Part shown: positions 1 through 8,500 of the stretch, piece after piece
Position numbering within the stretch: the first letter of the stretch is position 1
How the letters are laid out: the number at the start of each line of letters is the position of its first letter
Assembly (NCBI GenBank): GCA_964593455.1
Contig: CAZQHK010000005.1
Location: 64,912 to 128,911, forward strand
Source: an uncultured bacterium
GTDB taxonomy: Bacteria > Muiribacteriota > CAYSPT01
Length of the DNA stretch: 64,000 nucleotides
Reading direction: 5' to 3'
The notes under the pieces: model-generated
What the model was told of the DNA's origin: nothing
Database searches by the model: none
Seen by the model: the letters and a program-made list of their open reading frames with translations, nothing else
Program-made: the position numbers and the translations under genes

Positions 1-362
1 AAACCCTTTTTGAAAGCGTTCCGGATGATGATGTTACCCAGGGAGTGGGCCACCAGATGATAACGGGGAGTTTGAACGTTTTCCCGGATATACGAGATCA
101 GTGAATCTGATATCTCGTCCAGGGAATCGACGGTGTTGAGGTAGGGGAAATTAAGGGGCCGGTAGCCTTCTATTTCGAACCGGACCTGCATCACGACCAT
201 GGCCGCCCGGCTGCGGTTCATTCCGTGTATCATAATGACGGTGTCGTTTGGCGCCCCGACGGAACTATCTTCCGCCTGTCCCGGTTCGGCCACAACCAGG
301 AATAGACACAATCCCAACCCTGCCACCGTAGCCAGAGAAACAATAAACCTGACTTTATTCAT
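1..362 (-). CDS. secreted alpha/beta-hydrolase (lipase/esterase-like); 3' end lies outside the window
   Basis: Absent from the ORF track because there is no stop in the window. The reverse-strand ATG at 362-360 opens MNKVRFIVSLATVAGLGLCLFLVVAEPGQA (signal peptide) ... TVIMIHGMNRS ... RYHLVAHSLGNIIIRNAFKKG. This gives an HG oxyanion-hole motif and an A-H-S-L-G nucleophile elbow. Confidence 0.6.
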   Translation of the reverse strand, partial: MNKVRFIVSLATVAGLGLCLFLVVAEPGQAEDSSVGAPNDTVIMIHGMNRSRAAMVVMQVRFEIEGYRPLNFPYLNTVDSLDEISDSLISYIRENVQTPRYHLVAHSLGNIIIRNAFKKG

Positions 363-384
363 ACCGAATTATCTCCAAACCTTT

Positions 385-407
385 CTTTCTACACTTCCTG
401 CTTGAGG
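385..407 (+). repeat. family-A dispersed intergenic repeat, core copy
   Basis: Sequence ctttctacacttcctgcttgagg, preceded by atctccaaacc. It matches cores at 53901, 54028, 33484, 5226 (rc) and 61650 (rc). A degenerate hairpin copy lies at 471-502. Confidence 0.7.
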
Positions 408-580
408 GGCGGTCTTCTCAATCCAGCACCTTTCCGCCCACACCAATGTCCTTTCCTCGAATACGTCTTCTTTTCCACTCTCTGAATAGCGAGCGTAGAA
501 AGCATGATGTTTGATTTGTAGTAGAGTTTTTCAGCTCTCAAACTCCAATCTCGACCTTGAAAGTCAGGTGGATTCGTGAA

Positions 581-3500
581 CTATTCTGTTTGTAACATCT
601 CCTTAAGAGTGCGGTAATCGGTCTTTCCGGTACCCAGTACCGGAATTTCCTCCAATTTCACGATCCGACGGATATTGTGCAGCGCCGATAATCCATCTTC
701 ACGGATAATCCGATTAGCCTCTTCCCGACTCAGATCGAGGCTGGTAAATAGAACGATCTCCGGATGATCTTCCGAAGGAGTTGCCTCTACCGCCAGCATC
801 GGCCCCTCGTCGCCGCTGCCGGTGAACCGGCGGCCAAGAACCGCTTCGATAGCCGGAAGCGATATCATCTCCCCCCCCAGCTTGATGAAACGCTTGAGCC
901 GGCCCCGAAACGTCAGGAAACCGTCCTCACTCTCGCTCACCAGATCGCCGGTCCGGTACCAGTGCCGGCCGTCCAATTCCACAAACGGCGATTTCGCTTC
1001 TGTCCCCAGGTAGCCGGAAAACACGTTCGGACCGCGCACCAGCAACATACCCTGCTCTTCCACGGAAACCCGATTGCCGGTGTCCGGATCGACAATCATG
1101 TATTCCATGGACGGAAGCACTTTTCCGATAGTTCCCGGCCGCGGATCGTCCTCCCGGTTCAAGCAGACCGCCGGAGAGCACTCCGTGATACCGTATCCTT
1201 CGCAGATCATCGCGTTCGGACACGCTCGATCCAGGGCTGCATAAACGTAGTCCGGGCACTTTTCAGCGCCGGTAACCACCAGGCGAAGACTCTCGAGTTG
1301 TTCCGGCGAAGCAGCTCGAACGATTCCGTTTAGGAAGGTGGGGGTACCCACAAGCTGGGTGCTTTTATACAACTCTATCAGACGGGCCAGGGCAACCGCT
1401 GCGGTAGGATCGGAGTGATAAACGATCCTCAGCCCGATCACGCAAGGCATGATGACGGTACCGGTGAGTCCCAAAGAGTGAAATGGAGGCAGCATACCCA
1501 GCAGCCGGTCATCGGCTTTGAAGGTCAAAACCGAGATGAAATCGCGAATATTGACCAGGATATTGGCGTGGGTCAGCGGGACCGCTTTGGGATTAGCCTC
1601 CGAGCCGCTGGTGAAAAGCACGCAGGCCGTTTTTGAGAGTTTTACCCTGGCCAGGGACTGCCAGGAACAGTAGCTTTTCACCAGCAAAACAAGCTTTTGA
1701 ACCCACGATATCCCGCGGACTATGTCTTCCAGAAAAACCCATTCAACATCTACCTTGCCGGGGTCGAAGCCGCGGCCCTTGAGCCTCTCCAAAAGCAGCC
1801 GGGCCGTTATCACCCGGGTCACCCCGGTCTGACGAAGACAGTACGCCATGTGCCCTTCGCCCACGGTCCAGTTCACCATCACCGGTGTTTTGCCTGAAAA
1901 CATCACTGCCAGGTAAGTCATGGTGGCGCTGACGGAAGCGGGCAGCATGATGCCCAGCGTGTCTCCGGGAAGAACATCAAATGCTTTCTTCAAGGCCATT
2001 ACACCGGCAACCAGGCGGCGGTAAGTCAAAGCCCCGCTCATCTGGTCGGCCGCCAGCATGGCTCCCGGACTCCGCCTGGCCGCCGCCAGGAACACTTCCC
2101 CGATATTTTTTCCTTCCGGAAGCGACAGACGTTGATCAGATGGGTCCTTGAACCAGGCGGCCGGGACCGGTTTCAGCTCGGCCATCTTTCTTCCTACCAT
2201 TTCCCCGCACGCCGCCAACAGACAGTCTCCCACGGTCTGCAACGCTTCCAGGTCCTCCTGCGGAAGACCGAACTCCTGTCCCATCCAGCTCATGAGTTCC
2301 AATAGCGTAAGGCTGTCCATTCCCAGGTCACGGGACAGGCTGTGGTCGTCTTCGATCCCGCTGACGCCGGTGGTTTCAGTTAAAAAATCGATGACCAGTT
2401 TCCGGGTCGTTTCCGGAACGCGCGAAGCATCACCTTCAATAGTCTTCCTGGCCGGTTCCGGACGTATCTGAGGCCGGTAGCCCTGCCACCAGATATACGG
2501 AACGAAGGTGTTGGGAAGAGCATCTTCATTGTAGAAGGTCTCCAGGTAACCGTTGATGGTCAAACGGTCGGCCGTGCGGGGAAAATCTTCCGGCTCTATA
2601 AATTCAATGGTCACCTGTCGCCGGGGAATAAAAAAGACCAGGTTCCAGACCGCTGACGCCAGGTAGAGGAGGATGTTCCGGCCGACCTTCGGGGCATGTC
2701 CCCCGGCATGTCCGAAAGTGCTTCCCCACAGGCCGCGGGTCCTGACCAGCACGACCCGGCAATCGGGAACGTTTTTCACAATCTGCTCCACCGCGCTGTT
2801 GCCGCCAATCTCTTCCAGGCAGCTCCGGTAAATTCTTCCCGAAGGGTAGAGGAGAATCGTATCCTTCTGTTTCAGACCATCAATCACCTCTCCCAAAGCT
2901 TCCTGGATGGCTTCACTTCCCTGCTGTCCCACCTTGGTCAGGTCCGGGATAATAATCGCCCTGAGGCGACGAAGCACCTGCTTGATCAAGGGGCGGTCAG
3001 ACTGGTCCCGGTCGGCCATGGGCCGAGGCCTGAAATCCGTAAAAAGCTGCGAGGTGACAATCAGGGGATCGATCAAAGCCGGGTGGTTCGGCAGGAAAAG
3101 AATTCCCTCCGTACCTTTTTTGCGTATGGTTTCGAGTCCGGAAACCTCGATCCGGTAACGCAAAGCCAGCAGCCGACGGGTGGTGAAGGCCAGCGTCCAG
3201 TCGAGCAGTTTACCCCCGAAAAGGAAGAGGGCCAGCAGTCCCGCGGCCAGCACGGTGAAAGCGCCCAGAGCGCTCATGATGGTACCCGGACTCCACAGCG
3301 GATCGAGCCACGTGAACAACACACCCGATACCATCATGAATCCGAAGGAGGCAAAATTGGAGACGCCGATGATTTTTCCTTTTTCGTCTGGAGCAGGCCG
3401 CACCTGGATAAAGCTGGCTATGGGAATCAGGAACATACCTCCGCAGGCCCCGGTCAGGGTGAAAAACACGAAAAGCGACCACAGCTGTATTTCCCGGGGA

Positions 3501-4459
3501 AAAGCAGGCACCATTCCCGCCAGGATGAGCCCCAACCCCATGCCCGCCGCCGAAGGCACCAAAAACCGCGTCCACCGCTCGATGGAAACCATCTTGCCGG
3601 CGATAAGCGAACCGATACCGACTCCCACCATCAACGACCCCGATAAGAGCGACGTCTCCGTAAAGGAAAAGCCCAATTGCTTGAGGCCCAGCGTCTTGAT
3701 CACCAGCACCGCCAGAAGTGAGATGAAGTAAAAGAATGTGGAGCCGCTGATGGCCAGCAGGAGCTGCGGGTCACGTTTGAGATCAAACAGGTTTTTCAGG
3801 GAGTTAAGCGGTCCGGCCCAGGGGAAAGACCGCGGTTTGCCCGAGGGCGCTTTTCGGTGCCCCCCGAAACTGGCCACCACGCCCGCCAGAGCTACCAGTA
3901 CCACCACCACCGCCACCAGCGCATTGCCAAACGGCACCGTAAGCTCCATCCAATCCTGGTCGAGCGCGATACCGGCCAGCATCATCCCCAGCAAAATGGC
4001 CACCGTGGTGACAGCCCTGATGAAACTGTTGGCCTGGGGCACGTACACCTCCGGGTAGAGCTCCGGGATAGATCCGTTCAGCGCCGGGCCGAAGATAGTT
4101 GACTGGAGCGCCATCAAGAACACCATGGCGATGATGCAGTTCCAATTGAGAGTGACGATGCCGATGGCTCCTATGATCATGGCGGCCAGCTCCAGCAACT
4201 TGGCCCAGATGACCACGTTACGCTTGGGGAACCGGTCGGCCATCCAGCCGGCGTAGGCTGAAAATACCACGTAGGGCAGCGAGAACAGGAAGGTAGCTGT
4301 TCCCGGGAACTTACTCCGGCCCGCCACCACCGCCAGCAGTATGGCTGCCTCCTTAAAAAAATTGTCGTTGAACACCCCGAGACAGTAAGTGGCGGCCATG
4401 GAGATAAACCTGGCCCGGCCGGCCCTTATTCGCCTCATCGTGCTGTCATTGTATCGCAT
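581..4459 (-). CDS. four-module fusion: MFS lysophospholipid transporter (LplT-like) / PlsC-type acyltransferase / acyl-carrier domain / acyl-ACP (AMP-forming) synthetase (Aas-like)
   Basis: The ORF track gives 581..4513. I prefer the ATG at 4459 (GAGGTG 8 nt upstream), because the TTG at 4513 overlaps the tetR stop. The N-terminus is a ~12-TM MFS. Other motifs: acyltransferase H-x4-D box NHPALID; phosphopantetheine site LGMDSLTLLEL; adenylation motifs FTSGSEANPKAV, EGYGITE and WYRTGDL. Confidence 0.8.
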   Translation of the reverse strand: MRYNDSTMRRIRAGRARFISMAATYCLGVFNDNFFKEAAILLAVVAGRSKFPGTATFLFSLPYVVFSAYAGWMADRFPKRNVVIWAKLLELAAMIIGAIGIVTLNWNCIIAMVFLMALQSTIFGPALNGSIPELYPEVYVPQANSFIRAVTTVAILLGMMLAGIALDQDWMELTVPFGNALVAVVVVLVALAGVVASFGGHRKAPSGKPRSFPWAGPLNSLKNLFDLKRDPQLLLAISGSTFFYFISLLAVLVIKTLGLKQLGFSFTETSLLSGSLMVGVGIGSLIAGKMVSIERWTRFLVPSAAGMGLGLILAGMVPAFPREIQLWSLFVFFTLTGACGGMFLIPIASFIQVRPAPDEKGKIIGVSNFASFGFMMVSGVLFTWLDPLWSPGTIMSALGAFTVLAAGLLALFLFGGKLLDWTLAFTTRRLLALRYRIEVSGLETIRKKGTEGILFLPNHPALIDPLIVTSQLFTDFRPRPMADRDQSDRPLIKQVLRRLRAIIIPDLTKVGQQGSEAIQEALGEVIDGLKQKDTILLYPSGRIYRSCLEEIGGNSAVEQIVKNVPDCRVVLVRTRGLWGSTFGHAGGHAPKVGRNILLYLASAVWNLVFFIPRRQVTIEFIEPEDFPRTADRLTINGYLETFYNEDALPNTFVPYIWWQGYRPQIRPEPARKTIEGDASRVPETTRKLVIDFLTETTGVSGIEDDHSLSRDLGMDSLTLLELMSWMGQEFGLPQEDLEALQTVGDCLLAACGEMVGRKMAELKPVPAAWFKDPSDQRLSLPEGKNIGEVFLAAARRSPGAMLAADQMSGALTYRRLVAGVMALKKAFDVLPGDTLGIMLPASVSATMTYLAVMFSGKTPVMVNWTVGEGHMAYCLRQTGVTRVITARLLLERLKGRGFDPGKVDVEWVFLEDIVRGISWVQKLVLLVKSYCSWQSLARVKLSKTACVLFTSGSEANPKAVPLTHANILVNIRDFISVLTFKADDRLLGMLPPFHSLGLTGTVIMPCVIGLRIVYHSDPTAAVALARLIELYKSTQLVGTPTFLNGIVRAASPEQLESLRLVVTGAEKCPDYVYAALDRACPNAMICEGYGITECSPAVCLNREDDPRPGTIGKVLPSMEYMIVDPDTGNRVSVEEQGMLLVRGPNVFSGYLGTEAKSPFVELDGRHWYRTGDLVSESEDGFLTFRGRLKRFIKLGGEMISLPAIEAVLGRRFTGSGDEGPMLAVEATPSEDHPEIVLFTSLDLSREEANRIIREDGLSALHNIRRIVKLEEIPVLGTGKTDYRTLKEMLQTE

Positions 4460-4509
4460 GAAATATTCACCTCGCGTATGGCCAAGCCCGAGCGCCCTCC
4501 GGCCGGCGG

Positions 4510-5088
4510 TCAATCATTAATTACCAGAATCCTCTTGCTGGCTTCAACTACTTTATCAACCAGTTTCCCGGTTAGCTTCTTCACCCGGCCGTAGCGATGC
4601 ATGACGATTGGCTGCAGCGCCAACCCCATGATCATACCAGCAGCCAGGACCGGATCGTCAACCTCGGAACCGCTTTCCATGATAACGGCCCCGATGAATC
4701 TGATGACCAGGTCGTTTGGGTTTCGGGCCTTATCGAGCAGCTTCACACCCGGAAACCCATGCTGAGTAAGAAGGATGAAAGAAAACTGTAAAGGATGAGC
4801 TTCATAATAACTATAGAGATATCGAATACCGGCTTCCAGTTTATCTCCTGGCGTCGCAGCCGGCTCAAACAGGATTTTCTGCAGGTCGGCGCTGAAGTGC
4901 TCGACCTCACGACAGAACAACTTCCAGGCCATATCGTTTTTACCGCTGTAATGCCGGTAGAGGGCTCCTTCGGTAACGCCGGCTTCCAGAGCAATATCCC
5001 GGATGGTGGTGCTGGCCAATCCCCGGGAGGCAAACAAACGGATAGCCGCGTTTTCAATACTCGATTTTTTCACTGCCGGCCTGGCCAA
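4510..5088 (-). CDS. TetR/AcrR family transcriptional regulator
   Basis: 192 aa with N-terminal HTH TTIRDIALEAGVTEGALYRHY. TTG start with GGAGG 7 nt upstream. It abuts the downstream fusion gene, so the two are probably one operon. Confidence 0.85.
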   Translation of the reverse strand: MARPAVKKSSIENAAIRLFASRGLASTTIRDIALEAGVTEGALYRHYSGKNDMAWKLFCREVEHFSADLQKILFEPAATPGDKLEAGIRYLYSYYEAHPLQFSFILLTQHGFPGVKLLDKARNPNDLVIRFIGAVIMESGSEVDDPVLAAGMIMGLALQPIVMHRYGRVKKLTGKLVDKVVEASKRILVIND

Positions 5089-5105
5089 TATTCAACCTCC
5101 ATTAA

Positions 5106-5123
5106 TAAGTAAACGTTTACTTA
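5106..5123. promoter_or_regulatory. perfect 18-bp palindrome, likely TetR operator
   Basis: TAAGTAAACGTTTACTTA lies 18 nt upstream of the tetR start. It overlaps the predicted transcription start of the promoter at 5129-5157. Confidence 0.55.
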
Positions 5124-5128
5124 CTTTC

Positions 5129-5157
5129 ATAATACATCGGTCAAGTAGACTTGTCAA
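5129..5157 (-). promoter_or_regulatory. sigma70-type promoter for the tetR-fusion operon
   Basis: The reverse strand reads TTGACA - 17 nt - TATTAT. Confidence 0.5.
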
Positions 5158-5181
5158 GTTAAAGTTAAAATCTATCACCTT

Positions 5182-5206
5182 CCTTTCTACAGCAGGAATT
5201 TAGAGG
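5182..5206 (+). repeat. family-A repeat, variant copy
   Basis: Sequence cctttctacagcaggaatttagagg, followed by the gattgagat module at 5210-5218. Confidence 0.5.
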
Positions 5207-5225
5207 CTGGATTGAGATGATCTCA

Positions 5226-5248
5226 CCTCAAGTAAAAAGTGCGGAAAG
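5226..5248 (-). repeat. family-A repeat core, reverse orientation
   Basis: The plus strand cctcaagtaaaaagtgcggaaag is the rc of ctttccgcactttttacttgagg. The flanking module gtgaggttggagattttgaagat (5248-5270) recurs as its rc at 43307-43327. Confidence 0.65.
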
Positions 5249-5306
5249 TGAGGTTGGAGATTTTGAAGATTGAGATATGATATTTCATTTTCTATTTCAT
5301 CACCTT

Positions 5307-5337
5307 ACTTTCTACGCTGATATTCCAGAGGGTGGGA
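5307..5337 (+). repeat. family-A repeat, long variant
   Basis: actttctacgctgatattccagagggtggga is near-identical to 33724-33754 (actttctacactgatattccagagggcggga). Confidence 0.8.
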
Positions 5338-5581
5338 GGGTATGTAGAAGCTCACACTACGCCTCTGCAAACATGAAGGTGCTAAAGTTAGCCGGGTGGT
5401 CCCGCCCTGCTATGAGATTATTAAAAATTAATTTAGGACGAAGGAACTGCCATGTGCGTCTAAAGGGGTTAGAACGTTCGCGGGAGAGCGGAACAAACGG
5501 CCCTTGATGGAGCCGTTCCCCGTTTTTGACGCGGTCCTTGTTTTTGCGCTATAGTAGCAATAATAAGAATGGCATGGGGAT

Positions 5582-8500
5582 ATGGTGATTTCCGTCAAAA
5601 ACATCAAATGTTCCGGCCCTTTTTTAACGATATTGCTAGTGGCGCTGTTTTTATCCGATATCACCTGTCCCGCCAGTTTTGCTACAACTCCCCTGCCCTT
5701 CCCGGAACTACCGAAAGCCGATGTGGGAATCACACGGGCCGTGTACCGGGCCGCGATCAACCTCGAAGGAACCGCGGCCGACGGAGATAATCTCATCCCC
5801 GTCGAGGTAACTGTTACCGGACAGGCCGTGGGAGAGGGATGGGCCAGGAACCGGATCTTCCCGCAAGCCATGCCGATCCAGGACTTCCCCGGCTCCGAGG
5901 ACCTGTTTCTGGATTTTGCCGACGGAACCTACCTCAGTGCCAGGGCTCCTTCAGAATTTTCGTTTCTGTTTTCTATTCCCACCAGGCCTGAACCGAGCAA
6001 TAATGGACACTCGCTTCGCATCCCGGTCGTTTTCGCCAGCGTGACTCGAATCGAGCTCACCGTCACCACACCGGACAACCGGCCGGTTACAATCACCACC
6101 GACCCTCCGGCACCGGTCACCAGCACACTGAATGATGATTCGTGGAAGGTGTCCGTAACACCCGCGCCGGGAACCACACTTGATCTGACCGTGGCGGCTG
6201 AACCGGCAACGGCCAGGGCGGCCACCTTTTCAGTATCACAGGACCTCTCGGTTTTCATGGCTCCGGGACTGGTGGAAACGAATATCGGCTGCACCGTTCA
6301 GCCTCTGCAGGGTTTAACCGACCGGGTTATCATTGAAACCGACCGGGTAATCACCGGGCTCATGGGGGAGATGATTGAATCCTGGAACGAGGAGGTTTCC
6401 GAAACAGGAAAAAGCATCGTCACCCTCAAGCTCTATTCGGCCCTTGAAGCATCATTCGCCTTCAGGATACTCTTCCAGGCGGAGCATCCGCCGGGAGCCC
6501 CTTTCACCATTCCGTCCGTAGATTTCCCGGAAGCGGCCAAGGTTTCCGGAACCATTACCATCCGGACCGAGAAGAACTATTACCCAGTGGAAGAATCAAC
6601 TCTCAACGTGAACCGGTTATCAGCAGCCAAAGACCAGATTGCCTACCATTTTGACACTCCCGATTACCGGCTCACCATGGGTTTGAAACCGGATCTTCTC
6701 AAATTCGATGCCCGGGGCACCGTCCTCATCGAGATATGGCCTGACATGATCAGGACCATTGCCGACATCGAGCTGGACGTCATATCGGGCTCGCTTGAAA
6801 CCTGCGCGATCAGGCTGCCCGCTGAATTCCGCTGCCAGTCCGTCAGCGGCAGCCGGATCTCCGGCTGGAAACCCGCCACGGGCGGTATCTCCGTCAATGT
6901 CGGCGGGTTGAGAGACGGGCAGACGGTTATGAAACTCGAAGGCTTCGTTCCTCTCCAAAAAGGGTATCCCCTGAAACTCAGGGTCCCAGAGTTCACTGGA
7001 GCGAGGAACTCTCATGGAATAGTAGGAATCCGTGTGCTTGGACACAAAATTCCCGAGGTGAACAAACCGGTCAATCTCTTCCAGACATCCAAAGTTAATC
7101 TGCCGGCGTGGATGAAAAATATATCGCTGGCCTTCCAATATAGCGGAAAGAACATCTCCGGCAACATCGCGCTCGTCAAACCCGTTCCCACCGTCGACAT
7201 CCAATCGGTGACCCTGCTGGAGATCACCAATACCAACGTGATTCAGGAAACCAGGGCCAGAATCACCGTCAACCAGGCTCCCCTGTTTTGCCTGTCAATC
7301 ATCCCTGGCGGGAACGCAGAACTGGATGAAATCAGCGGAGCTCTACTGGCGGACTTCGAACGCGGTCCGGAGGGAATAGTCACCTTGCGATTCACCCGCC
7401 CGCTGGAACCGGGAAAAACAGAGGAATTCAGTTTCATCACCCTGCGGCCCAGGCCGGAAGGGAACGACATTCGGTTTCCTCTGCCGGCCTATCCGGGCGC
7501 CCGTCATGTTGAGGGATACGTGGCCGCCAAAAGCCGGGTAGAAGCCATGCTTTCCTGGAAACAACTGGGCAAAGCCGAGGAATGCGGACCAGGACAACTA
7601 CCTTACACCTGGTTTACTATCGGCCGGGGCGATCACCTGTTGACCTTCAGGCATCCGGGCACGGTGAACCTGACCATGAAACAGCTGCCTATCAGGTTCA
7701 AACAATCGAGCGAATCCGTGTTCACCATCTCGCCGTCCCTGGTGGCCGCTTCATCCCGGGTCACCCTGAACATCGAGCAGGGGGGAATGAAATGGATCTT
7801 GCTGAAGCTGCCGGATGGAGCTAAAAAACCGGAGATACGGTCCCATTTCCTGGCCGGTGTTCAGCCTTTTAAAGACGGCTGGAGGATCGAGTTTTCATCG
7901 ATCTTAAAAGGAGAGACAACCCTGGCCGTCGATTATTCCATTCCGTTTGAGCAGTCCGCCGGGTTTATCGAGCTCGCCCCGCCTGAATTCAGCGGCCGCT
8001 CCCGCCATACCGGTGTTCTCGGATTCAAGAGCACCAGCGACATCGAACTCACGGAGTCATTTGACGGCATGCAGGGACTGGCCAGGTTGAAAGGCACCCC
8101 TCCTCCTGACCTGAAAGACATTCACAGCCTTTACCGCCTGACGGAAGCAGGTTTTCCCCGTCTCAAACTCTTGATCTCCAAGGTCCAGCACCAGGAGAAA
8201 CAGAAAGCCGAGATAAGCGAACTGACTCTTCAGACCCTGATGGAGTCGGACAGTGCCGTCATGACCGGCGTCTCGGCCAAAATCAACAACCCGGGAAACA
8301 AGCAGTTTCTCAAGGTATGGCTGCCCGAAAGCGCCGAATTGTGGGGAGCTTACGTCGACGGAAAACCGGTCAAGTCGGGACAAGAAGAATCAGACGGGCC
8401 GCCGGCACATACTATACCGCTTATTACGAAACAAGCGGACCGCTCATTCACCATCCAACTCGTATACAGACAGGCGGGAATCGACCGTTTTTCCACTGCC

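Noticed and set aside
199-405. 68-aa plus-strand ORF at the left edge
   Set aside because: It lies antisense to the lipase-like gene, whose signal peptide and AHSLG motif make the minus-strand frame the convincing one.
4460-4513. Upstream TTG start (4513) given by the ORF track for the LplT-Aas fusion
   Set aside because: The TTG overlaps the tetR stop codon and has no RBS. The ATG at 4459 has GAGGTG at the correct spacing, and the 18 extra residues add no recognisable feature.
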